This document shows, piece after piece, positions 37,375-46,379 of a DNA stretch of 64,000 nt. The stretch is taken from IMG/VR virus record IMGVR_UViG_3300005805_009498, positions 1-64,000 of that record; one strand, written 5' to 3'. Both the position numbers and the translations under genes were made by a program. The stretch is from a virus (taxonomy: Duplodnaviria; Caudoviricetes). A model generated the notes under the pieces. The model did no database searches. It worked only from the letters and a program-made list of their open reading frames with translations, and was not told the DNA's origin. How positions within the stretch are numbered: position 1 is the first letter of the stretch; the number at the start of each line of letters is the position of its first letter.

Positions 37375-38721
37375 TTAGATACCAACAACCGTGGTTTTAT
37401 CGTCAATCGAAGCAAGATCTGATAACCCACCGCTTCTTATGATGCAGTTTGTTATCTCACCCTTGACATTGTGTGGAAGATTGTCTATGTAGCAGTTAGA
37501 AAACTTATTATCGATCATCTTTATGTAAGAGGATTTTAATTTAGAGTCTTCTATTTTATTATCCATGACAATTTCACAGAAAAATAATTGAGAAGATTTT
37601 ATTTCGCAGCCTATCAAGGTACATTGATCCAATATCGAATTTTTCAATTTGCAGTCTATTAGGTCGTAAAACGATAGTCCCCAAGGTTTCTTAAAGACAC
37701 CGTCCTTTACCTGATATCTGTGTAGATCAATATCTAGATTAACATAGCCTGATTTTAATCCATTCTTATATATCAGATCAAATAGCACCTTTCTGTATTC
37801 ATCCCAATAAGTTGACAGAAGTTGATCACCATTTTTCAGGTCAACGTAAATGTCTATGTCTTTGTAAAATATTGAGAATACCTTGTGGTTTAACATTCCG
37901 TTTATGAACTTCTTGTGTTCAACCAATCGGGTTCTCAATCTTGATACGTTTTCTTCGGTATATTTTGGATTTAAAAGACAATCGTATATTGTAAAGACCG
38001 CGTAATCCATGCACTCCAATATAGCCTTTATGTTGTCTTCGTAATTTTTTCCTCCGAGATATCTCATTTCCAGGTAACCCTTTGCGAGTTTCGCAAAGTT
38101 AAATCCAAAATATTTTTCTTCAGGAACAGAAAAGCTTGAACGGTTTATGGTTTTTATGTTATCATCAAAACTAAAAAGATTGTTAGGAAACACATAATCG
38201 ATCGATCGTGCAAAAACGTTTCCGCTTCTGTTTGGAAATTTAGAGAAAATGTAATCCTCATCAAACGAAAGAATGAGTTTCAAAACATCAAGCGCTGATA
38301 TATCGATGTTTTTATTTGGTGTTTTAAACTTATCAAAACTAATGTTTATGTGAATTCCCGATCTATCGTTTGTCTTTCCGTTTTCTTTGATCCAGTTTAA
38401 AACCTTTGCCATGACAATTTTTGCTTCAAAGAATGGAGTTGGACCCGTGACAAGCTCTATCATGGATGCTCCTCCGGAGAAGTCGTGTTCTAGCTTATAA
38501 TTATTATAATCCACAGGAACATCGGTATGGGATCCAGGAACTTTTTCCCCCTTTGGATTGGTTTTATAACCAGGAGCAACATTTTTTCCAAGAAGAGCCG
38601 AGAGTTCGGCTGCAACCATCGAGAAATTCTTTTTTCTAGAAAAGAACTCGAACTCGAACCCTATAAGGGCCGAGTTCAAGATCTCATTCTTTGATAGAAA
38701 CTCTTTAGTTTGTTGATTCAT
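37375..38721 (-). CDS. Putative COOH-NH2 amidoligase (Amidoligase_2) with C-terminal beta-helix-like repeats
   Basis: IGFEFEF, EHDFSG..MIELVTGP, TNDRSGIHINIS, EMRYLGG; C-terminal S-x-I/C-x-I repeats. Confidence 0.75.
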   Translation of the reverse strand: MNQQTKEFLSKNEILNSALIGFEFEFFSRKKNFSMVAAELSALLGKNVAPGYKTNPKGEKVPGSHTDVPVDYNNYKLEHDFSGGASMIELVTGPTPFFEAKIVMAKVLNWIKENGKTNDRSGIHINISFDKFKTPNKNIDISALDVLKLILSFDEDYIFSKFPNRSGNVFARSIDYVFPNNLFSFDDNIKTINRSSFSVPEEKYFGFNFAKLAKGYLEMRYLGGKNYEDNIKAILECMDYAVFTIYDCLLNPKYTEENVSRLRTRLVEHKKFINGMLNHKVFSIFYKDIDIYVDLKNGDQLLSTYWDEYRKVLFDLIYKNGLKSGYVNLDIDLHRYQVKDGVFKKPWGLSFYDLIDCKLKNSILDQCTLIGCEIKSSQLFFCEIVMDNKIEDSKLKSSYIKMIDNKFSNCYIDNLPHNVKGEITNCIIRSGGLSDLASIDDKTTVVGI

Positions 38722-39841
38722 TTTCGTTTATTATGGTTGCAGAAATCCTGTTGCATTTTGGCTCTATTTGATTTATTCTTATCTTTATTTCTCCGCCTAT
38801 CTTTAATCTATTATTCTGACCAAATTGACCCTTCATTGATATCGTGCTACTTATTCCGCTAAACTCTAATGTTACGTAAGGTCCCTTTATGGAAACAACC
38901 TTTGCGCTCATGGCTATATCGCTATTTTCCCTTTCTATGATGTTTGCCATCTCTTGCAGCCTAAGTATCATTTGTTCTGTTGGGTTTTGCGTGAGAATGA
39001 AATTCTTTGGAGGAATTATGTCCCTTACCCATATGTTTATTTTGTTGCCTGGTCTAACTTGTCCGTTCTTAAACAGGTTCATCGTAGATTCATCCATGTC
39101 GTTCATAGACAATAAACCTGTCATTATTTCGTTAAATTCTATGAATATTCCCGTTTGTATCGTACCCGTAACAGTTCCTTCGTACATAACAGACATATCA
39201 AAATTCTCAATGAGCTCTGGCATGATGTGTTCGATGTATCTCTTGTTGGAAACGATGAACGTATTGCTTTCGTTTATGTAAGAGTCCAACATCACCTTTA
39301 CGGTTTTTCCTAGGAAAGATTCGAAGTTGATTATCTTGTTTGCACTCGCAAGTGAACCAGGAAGAAACGCTTCAAGACCCTGAATGTTAACAAAATATCC
39401 TCCTCGATTCTTCTCTATCACCTTTGCGTTGTATACCTTTGAAGGGTCCCTTAGTTGATCAAAGAATTCGTTTCTTAAAATTTCCTTTCCTGCTTCGTAA
39501 AAGCTTCCACGTAAACCAGAGTCCACGGATGTTATCTTTACATGATAGGTATTATTATACGATATTGACGACGCGAATTCCTCCGTAGTCATGCCTATAG
39601 ACTTTAAGAATTCCTTCTCCTTGTTCATTTTTACAGCAATGGACGGGGAGTGTGGGCCGGAGACAACCAAAAGATTGTCAGAAAGCATAGTTGAAGAATT
39701 CACCTGAAAAATCTGTCCGACCGACACAGTTTTGTTTACCTCTCCGTGAGAATTATTTGAAACCATATCGAAATACATGGCGTCATCTACTGGATGTTGA
39801 AAATTTTGTTGTATCGAAAAGACCCTGGGATTGAATGTCAT
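38705..39841 (-). CDS. Ribosomal protein S1-like multi-S1-domain protein
   Basis: VYNAKVIEKNRGGYFVNIQGLEAFLPGS (bS1 domain 2 signature), YEGTVTGTIQTGIFIEF (domain 3-like), further OB-fold at the C-terminus. Confidence 0.85.
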   Translation of the reverse strand: MTFNPRVFSIQQNFQHPVDDAMYFDMVSNNSHGEVNKTVSVGQIFQVNSSTMLSDNLLVVSGPHSPSIAVKMNKEKEFLKSIGMTTEEFASSISYNNTYHVKITSVDSGLRGSFYEAGKEILRNEFFDQLRDPSKVYNAKVIEKNRGGYFVNIQGLEAFLPGSLASANKIINFESFLGKTVKVMLDSYINESNTFIVSNKRYIEHIMPELIENFDMSVMYEGTVTGTIQTGIFIEFNEIMTGLLSMNDMDESTMNLFKNGQVRPGNKINIWVRDIIPPKNFILTQNPTEQMILRLQEMANIIERENSDIAMSAKVVSIKGPYVTLEFSGISSTISMKGQFGQNNRLKIGGEIKIRINQIEPKCNRISATIINENESTN

Positions 39842-39874
39842 GAAACCCTCTTAAATAAAGTTTGTTAAATATCT

Positions 39875-39883
39875 CTATATATC
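39875..39883 (-). promoter_or_regulatory. Candidate late-promoter motif GATATATAG upstream of the S1-like gene
   Basis: Exact 9-mer, intergenic, 33 nt upstream of the ATG. Confidence 0.55.
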
Positions 39884-39910
39884 TTTGTCATAAAGCTCCT
39901 CAAAAATCCC

Positions 39911-42664
39911 TTACAACGGGATTGTTGTTGGGCCAAATACGCTCTCTGGTAAAAATCCTCCGACGTACTTTCCTGATTTACACCATTTCCAAAGAAACAA
40001 TAGAAACGGTATGTTTAATAAAGAAAGTCTTTCCCATACCGGTAACTCGTCCTTCGCCATCGGAAGAGATGCGCTAAATGAAGGGCTTATTTCGGTTGGA
40101 AACCCAAATTGAAGCATCTTCGGAGAAAGGCTTGCCGCCAATGAAACCAGAGATCCTAAAGCCAGAGAGAATGAGGTCAACAAAGCACTTAAATTTATTA
40201 AACCCAAATCTATGGTTGGAACTCTTATTTTATCAATAAGATCTCTAAGAGTTTTTAAAGTTTTTTCGTATTCCTCCTTGTATCTTTCGAACTCTTGCAA
40301 TTTTTGTTTGTAGATCTGTTTTCCGTTTTCTATTATGCCTTTAACGAGATCCTCCGCCCTTTTTTTCAAAGAGGCTGCGATCTCATCTGCGTTGATCCTT
40401 ATTTTTTCTGCCTGCTCTATTGCGTCTTTTACGAGTTTTGTTGCATGATCTATCTGCGCCTGAATGTTTCTTGATATGTTTAGAGCAGCTTCTTCGTATT
40501 GTTTAAGATCGGTGTATCGTTGTTTTGCTTCATCTATTAAACGTTTTCCCTCGTCCTTTGCCTGTTTTATAGCCGCCTGTGCGGTTTCTTTTGCCGAGTT
40601 AACTATCTGTTGTCCTTGGTTCTTTGCGTTTTCTATTATCTTGTTTATATCAACGCTTGCGTTTGCTAGATATGAATCTGCCTGTCTTTGAACGTCCTTC
40701 AACTGGTTTTTTACTTCCTGAACAAGCGCATTTATGTCTGCGGTAACCCCATTTCTAAAATTTTCAAGCAAAGCCGCCAAAGCAGCAAACGTTAAATCAA
40801 ACGAGGGTAAAGTTACCGGAGGTAAAGGTTCATGAGTGCTTATGTCGGTTGGTCCTCCTAAGGCAAAAGCAAAATACATCGAGCTCGACTGAAAAGGCCC
40901 CAAAGGTATAGGTAAAAAATGCTGTAGGAAAAGATACGGGCAGGGAAGAACCCCGCATTGCCCTATTAACAAGACGGCTATCATCTTGTCAGTTGGCGCT
41001 ATAAAAACAGGTATCCATATTATCGGAAACGGTATCTTAAATAGACCTGCGGGAGAAGGAATAAGAAGACCAACCGGCCAATGTACCGGAACAAGATTTA
41101 CTATCGTTGCAAGCTTACAAAACTTTACCCACCAAGCGTAATCGAATATGGTTGGATTTTTGCTTACATTTTTGAAATTCAGATCTTTTCCAGATTCGAC
41201 CTTCGCAGGAACTTCCTTCGATTGACAGTTTAGCTTTGCTAATTCTTCCGTTACAGTCTTGTTTATCCCGTCTATCTCTTCCTGGGTTTTCTTTTCCTCT
41301 TCCTTTAGGCCTTTATACTGTTTTGACAGTTCAATAGATTTTTCGTTGTATTGTTTTGAAATCTCCATGAAATCGTTTTCTATGGCCTCTTTCTCTAAAA
41401 ATCTATTAACGCCGAACGCAAATGACAACCTTGAAACTTCATCAACGGTCTTTTTAAATTCGTTCTCTATGTTTTTTTCCATCTCGGAGCCTTGCTTCTT
41501 CACATCATCTGTTGCGCCGTCCTTTTCCATATTCATACCGTTGACGTAATTCATGAATTCGTCAGGTATGTCCTTTATCTTGCCCTTTATTGGAAGATTT
41601 TCTTTGTTTATCTTTATCAAAGGAGAAGATCCGAATATCCCTCCAAGGAATCCTGCGTCTATTTCTATGTCGAATTGGTTACTAAACGAAAGTATTATTT
41701 CTTCCATCTTTTTTTGAACAACCGAATCTTCCGACGCAAATTCATAGTCCTTATCTAAGGTTTGTAGCTTCTTTCTGATTTCTTCTACGTTGTTTTTTGG
41801 ATCCTTTAGCTGTTCGTTAAGTCTATTGACTTCACCGTATCCTTCCAGGAAAGATTGGTAGTACGCATCAACTATAGAGTGATAATAATAGTCTAGCTGT
41901 ATCTCCTGTATCTTGTTTTTTATTTCTGTGTATTTTTTTACTTTTTCCTGAACGGACTTTACTATTTCGTTCATTTTTGATACGCAGTCGGGTGCATTTT
42001 TTGGGAATATATCGGCGCTTTGTGTCGCCTTCATTTCGTCCAATAATCTATTGAAATCCTCCGGTGATATTTCAGGAAGAGAAGTGTTCTGTATATCTGT
42101 GCTTTCTCCGGGAGGTGGTATTTCAGGAATAACCTCTGCTATTTTTACGGGTGTCTCTTGTTGAACCGGAACCTCACACGCAGCGCCAATGACCTCATTT
42201 TCGGAAAACTCCAGAGTCTCTTCTATCTCTGGTGGTGCGCATAGATCAAACTGATCTATTTGTTCTTCCGATAACCTAGGTGTTTGATCCTCCTGTGTTG
42301 GATCTATTTGACCCGGTTGCGTGTTTTGTTCAGGCTCAACGTCCGGATCAATTGGTGGTGGTTCTAAAGCCTTCGCTAATTCGTCTTCAGTAAAATCCCT
42401 TTGCATGTTCTGTTCCACCTGATCGATGTCTATCAGAGCGGCCTTCAATCGATTTTCATCGATGGGTTCCAAACCGTTTTGTTTCAGGATTTCGTTTAAC
42501 TGTTTGATGTTGGATAAATCTGGTTCTTCAAAGTCTATGAACTCGGTTCCGTTTATCTTTTTCTTTTTTATCCGTGAAATTATGTCCTGTATGATGGGTA
42601 TCAGCTGTATAGGAAGCGTCGTTATGGACATAATCCAATTAACTATTTGTTGAAAGTCTATCAA
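39911..42664 (-). CDS. Hypothetical 917-aa protein with coiled coils and a Pro-rich hydrophobic core
   Basis: TTG start with AAGGAGG SD; long helical segments flank WWVKF...LIPSPAGLFKIPFPIIWIP. Confidence 0.65.
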   Translation of the reverse strand: MIDFQQIVNWIMSITTLPIQLIPIIQDIISRIKKKKINGTEFIDFEEPDLSNIKQLNEILKQNGLEPIDENRLKAALIDIDQVEQNMQRDFTEDELAKALEPPPIDPDVEPEQNTQPGQIDPTQEDQTPRLSEEQIDQFDLCAPPEIEETLEFSENEVIGAACEVPVQQETPVKIAEVIPEIPPPGESTDIQNTSLPEISPEDFNRLLDEMKATQSADIFPKNAPDCVSKMNEIVKSVQEKVKKYTEIKNKIQEIQLDYYYHSIVDAYYQSFLEGYGEVNRLNEQLKDPKNNVEEIRKKLQTLDKDYEFASEDSVVQKKMEEIILSFSNQFDIEIDAGFLGGIFGSSPLIKINKENLPIKGKIKDIPDEFMNYVNGMNMEKDGATDDVKKQGSEMEKNIENEFKKTVDEVSRLSFAFGVNRFLEKEAIENDFMEISKQYNEKSIELSKQYKGLKEEEKKTQEEIDGINKTVTEELAKLNCQSKEVPAKVESGKDLNFKNVSKNPTIFDYAWWVKFCKLATIVNLVPVHWPVGLLIPSPAGLFKIPFPIIWIPVFIAPTDKMIAVLLIGQCGVLPCPYLFLQHFLPIPLGPFQSSSMYFAFALGGPTDISTHEPLPPVTLPSFDLTFAALAALLENFRNGVTADINALVQEVKNQLKDVQRQADSYLANASVDINKIIENAKNQGQQIVNSAKETAQAAIKQAKDEGKRLIDEAKQRYTDLKQYEEAALNISRNIQAQIDHATKLVKDAIEQAEKIRINADEIAASLKKRAEDLVKGIIENGKQIYKQKLQEFERYKEEYEKTLKTLRDLIDKIRVPTIDLGLINLSALLTSFSLALGSLVSLAASLSPKMLQFGFPTEISPSFSASLPMAKDELPVWERLSLLNIPFLLFLWKWCKSGKYVGGFLPESVFGPTTIPL

Positions 42665-42674
42665 TCTTTCCTCC

Positions 42675-43406
42675 TTACGCTGTTGTTTTTACGGTCTTAG
42701 AAAGCGCAGATCTTGCCTGTTGCATTGTCGCTGTAGCTACACCCGGAGACGGAGGCCACTTTAGATCAACCGTTGCCGCAAGAGTATCAAGGGCCGCAAG
42801 TAAAACTTCGCCTAGCACAACGGAGAACTCAGGAGAAGTACCCAGATCGGTTTTTCCTCCGTTTACGTGTATCTTTGGAGAATTAACCTCAACCTTGCTA
42901 CGGGCATTTATTGTTATCTTTCCGGCCTTAAGTTCAATGTTCGACTGGCTTTCCTTGTGATCTATAAGGATAGACTGATCCGGATTTATGGATATGCTGC
43001 TGTCTTTATAGTAGATTTGCATGCCGTTTGCTGGTGTGAACCAAACTTTAAGATCCTGGCCCTCGTCGTACAACAACACATGAGAATCTAAATAGCTCTG
43101 TGCCAGTTCTCGTCTAAGCTTATCGTTTAGGTGAATTATCGACGTCCAAACAGGAGCGTGTATATCTCCGTTCATGAACGATACGTGCACCAACGCTCCG
43201 ATCTTTGGGATGGATATGTTTCCTCCTCCTCCCGTTTCACCGCCGGCAAAAACAGTGGAACCAGAATAGAAGCACCATGGAAGGTCTTCGTCCTTCTCAT
43301 CTTCGAAAATACCAATTACCCTTATCTTGCATCTGCCAAGACGTTCAGGATCCTTGTTATCTACTACTACTCCTATGTAGTCGTTTTTATCAAGATCTAA
43401 AGCCAT
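42675..43406 (-). CDS. gp5: Baseplate central spike protein (gp5/VgrG OB-fold)
   Basis: YIGVVVDNKDPERLGRCKIRVIG, DLPWC, IPKIGALVHVSFMNGD..PVW, then beta-helix repeats; no lysozyme domain. Confidence 0.85.
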   Translation of the reverse strand: MALDLDKNDYIGVVVDNKDPERLGRCKIRVIGIFEDEKDEDLPWCFYSGSTVFAGGETGGGGNISIPKIGALVHVSFMNGDIHAPVWTSIIHLNDKLRRELAQSYLDSHVLLYDEGQDLKVWFTPANGMQIYYKDSSISINPDQSILIDHKESQSNIELKAGKITINARSKVEVNSPKIHVNGGKTDLGTSPEFSVVLGEVLLAALDTLAATVDLKWPPSPGVATATMQQARSALSKTVKTTA

Positions 43407-45096
43407 CTTCTACTGTTGGTTTTTCAAACTTTATTTTCTCTGTTATATCATCTAAAACGCTAGGTTTTACAAACTGTATGTCGTTATCTACGTTTGTGAC
43501 GACCGAAGGAAATCCGAAAGATATGGAACCCAAAGAGGTCTCTACTGTAGGTTTTTCCATGTTTACCGATTGGTTTATCACCGTATTCACTGTTGGCCGG
43601 GTCAAAGAAACCGTCTCTTCGGAATCCGTTTCAACGCTCGGTCTTGTTTGATCAACCCCTTCGGATATCTCAGTGTTCACCGTTGGAGAAACAAACTGAA
43701 CATTGTTTTCTACGTTGTTGTTCACCGTGGGTTTTGTTAGATTGATGGAGTCACCCAGCTCGGTTTCTACCGGTGGTCTGTTAAGGGTTATTTCAGATAG
43801 TTTATCCTCGACCTTTGGTTTTATGAAATCGATCCTTTCTGTTGCCATATTTTCCTCTATTTTTATTCCTTCTCCGTTTTCCGCGTCGGCGGACATGTTA
43901 ACGCTACCTGTTATCTCTCCGCTTTGATCGTTGGAATCCATGATTACGTTACCGGTTAGTTCGGTTTCTACGCTTGGTCTTCCAAGATTAACGAACGATG
44001 GCTCTCCGGTTATTTTTGCCGAAGAGTTTATAGCGTCTATGATGTTCTTTGCAGATTCGGAAAATGTCTGTTGTTTTGAAATTCCGTCTAGTAATTGTTT
44101 TGTTATTTGATCCCTTTGGGCATAAGGAAGCGAAGCTATCCTGTCTCCACGGGTGAGGGTCAATCTGTTGATGAAATTTTGATCAATGTTCCTCTGGAGG
44201 TCCAACAACACCTGTTTATAGTTTGTTTCGTACGATCTAACAAACGGAGAAAGAAGGGATCGGTAGTTTATTACATCGTTTCGCTGGTTCAAATCCGCTC
44301 CGCTGCCGCCCTGTTTTATTACTAGGTCTCTTTTTATTTCCCCTAACATGTAATTAAGCAGGGAATAGGAGTTTGTTTCTTGAACCCTATTCACTATGAT
44401 GTTAAATTTAGGATTTATCTGCGTAGGAGCCTCAGAACTATCTAATTGAGTCGGCATGGAATCAGAGAAATCAAATTCGCAGTCCATACATCGGAAAGCG
44501 ACCGTTGAAACATGATTCAACCAATTTGTACCACTCTGTTGGGAGAAGGTTCTTAGATTCCTTGCCTCGCCTATCATGACGGTCATGTTGAACCTCTTTT
44601 TATCTATGGTCAGAAGCTCTCTAAAAAATCTTCTGTCTCTTGTTGCCTTTCTGTATAGATCGGCCAACGCGGTCATCCTTAGATCTACCGTTTCATAACA
44701 ATCTAATGTTAGTGTTATAGGTTTGGACTCGGTTGTCCCTTCTTTGGTTTGATAGCCCCATTTCCAAAGTTCGTTAATCCCGGATATGCTTTTAAAAAAC
44801 CAAGGAAAATCGTTTGATATTTTGTACAACATCCAAACAAATTCGTTAAGGACGTCGCCTCTTTCCTGTTCCCCCATCCTTCTAAGGTAGCTTATAGCGC
44901 TTTCGTCACGGGATTCGTTTAACAACAACCCTTGCATGACTTCATCGTTGGAAACCGGAGGTTCAAAATCAAAGAGTACCCTAAACGTAACAAACCCTGG
45001 GTCGTTATACTTAAGCTTCTGTTCGTTTTGAGAACCAGAAGACTCCGTAATGAACTTTCTTTCTAACCTTCCAACGCTTAATAGGCTACTGCTCAT
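43390..45096 (-). CDS. Tail-tube-like structural protein with C-terminal ~15-aa repeats
   Basis: N-terminal beta-rich domain (ITLTLDCYETVDLR..., FRCMDCEFDF); about 11 repeats of I/V-x-F/L-x-K/R-P-T/S-V-E/N. Confidence 0.45.
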   Translation of the reverse strand: MSSSLLSVGRLERKFITESSGSQNEQKLKYNDPGFVTFRVLFDFEPPVSNDEVMQGLLLNESRDESAISYLRRMGEQERGDVLNEFVWMLYKISNDFPWFFKSISGINELWKWGYQTKEGTTESKPITLTLDCYETVDLRMTALADLYRKATRDRRFFRELLTIDKKRFNMTVMIGEARNLRTFSQQSGTNWLNHVSTVAFRCMDCEFDFSDSMPTQLDSSEAPTQINPKFNIIVNRVQETNSYSLLNYMLGEIKRDLVIKQGGSGADLNQRNDVINYRSLLSPFVRSYETNYKQVLLDLQRNIDQNFINRLTLTRGDRIASLPYAQRDQITKQLLDGISKQQTFSESAKNIIDAINSSAKITGEPSFVNLGRPSVETELTGNVIMDSNDQSGEITGSVNMSADAENGEGIKIEENMATERIDFIKPKVEDKLSEITLNRPPVETELGDSINLTKPTVNNNVENNVQFVSPTVNTEISEGVDQTRPSVETDSEETVSLTRPTVNTVINQSVNMEKPTVETSLGSISFGFPSVVTNVDNDIQFVKPSVLDDITEKIKFEKPTVEDGFRS

Positions 45097-46379
45097 CTAT
45101 CCTGAAATTTTGTCACTAACGCCGCATTAGGAGTGTCTTCCGGATTTCGAATTGATAAATTTGAGCTTTGCGTGGATTCTTCCCAAACAAAATCATCAAA
45201 TCCCAACTCCAGGAATCTCTCGTGTATCATCTTATCGTAGTATGATGATATGTATCTCACTGCCCTCTGTATCTCTGGCCTTCTAGGTTCTTGGGTGTTG
45301 TTTCCTCCGCTGTTCATGTACTGGAGATAACACAGACGAGGTACATGTATGAAGCGAGTCTTTAGAAAGCTTCTGACCACAAGCTCGTAATCATCTGCGA
45401 TGTGTAGCTTAGGATTGTGCCCGCCTATGCTGAAATAAAACTCAGATTCCCATGCCCTTATGTGGTTTGGGGCTGCAACAATATGACGTATCGTCTTTGG
45501 ATTTATAGGAGCGGTTTCGCAAGTGTAAATGGCTCCGTTGTAATGAGCATCATAGTGTTTTCCGTATCCAAACCCCCAACCCGGTCCATAATTTACGCAA
45601 CCACCAGTTTCAAAAACTTCCGAGGCATCCGTGTACAGAAACTTTGCATCTGGATATTCTTTGAACCCAGAAACCACATGATCAAGCGCCCAAAAGGTTA
45701 AAACGTCATCGTGATCCAGCTCAACAAGATATTTTCCTGTGCAAAGTCCTGCGGCGTTTCTCTTTACTTCTCCTATCATTCCGCTGGGTTTGTTGCCTTT
45801 AAAGACCTTTATTCTATGATCTTGCTGAGCAAGTTCACAAAGCATGTCATAGGTTTTATCCCCGTCGTTTGAGTCGTCATATAGAACCCATTCCCAGTTT
45901 TTATGTCTCTGCGCAATAAGCGAAGAAAAAACCCGGTATATTCTGTTTCCGGTTCTATAGGTTGGAGTAAAACAGCTAACCAACGGATCCGCATCGTTCT
46001 TTTCGGTGTTTAAACACGAATCTATGAAACATGTGTACGCCGCATCTCCTATTTCAGGGTTGTTCGAGTATTCATTAACATGAATCCATTTTCTTCTGAT
46101 ACTATAAGGAGCGTTTAGGAGCTGAGGATATTCCGAGGAGCTCTCTCCCGTAGTTAGAAAAACCGAGGGATTTATCTTGTTTATTATGGTATTTAGATCC
46201 TCTTGGTCTGTGAAGAAATGACATTCGAAATCGTGTGATTCCCAATTTATGTAATCGCTCGATTTAATTTTTATGTCCTGTATTGAAACAGGATCCTTGG
46301 AAAATATTGCAACAACTGGTGTAATAGGCACGGTAATATCCTTTAAATTGTTTATTGTCTTACTGAAGATGTGGTCCAT
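45093..46379 (-). CDS. GT2-family glycosyltransferase with N-terminal extra domain
   Basis: VSCFTPTYR, WEWVLYDDS, YLVELDHDD, ADDYELVVR. Confidence 0.9.
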   Translation of the reverse strand: MDHIFSKTINNLKDITVPITPVVAIFSKDPVSIQDIKIKSSDYINWESHDFECHFFTDQEDLNTIINKINPSVFLTTGESSSEYPQLLNAPYSIRRKWIHVNEYSNNPEIGDAAYTCFIDSCLNTEKNDADPLVSCFTPTYRTGNRIYRVFSSLIAQRHKNWEWVLYDDSNDGDKTYDMLCELAQQDHRIKVFKGNKPSGMIGEVKRNAAGLCTGKYLVELDHDDVLTFWALDHVVSGFKEYPDAKFLYTDASEVFETGGCVNYGPGWGFGYGKHYDAHYNGAIYTCETAPINPKTIRHIVAAPNHIRAWESEFYFSIGGHNPKLHIADDYELVVRSFLKTRFIHVPRLCYLQYMNSGGNNTQEPRRPEIQRAVRYISSYYDKMIHERFLELGFDDFVWEESTQSSNLSIRNPEDTPNAALVTKFQDR

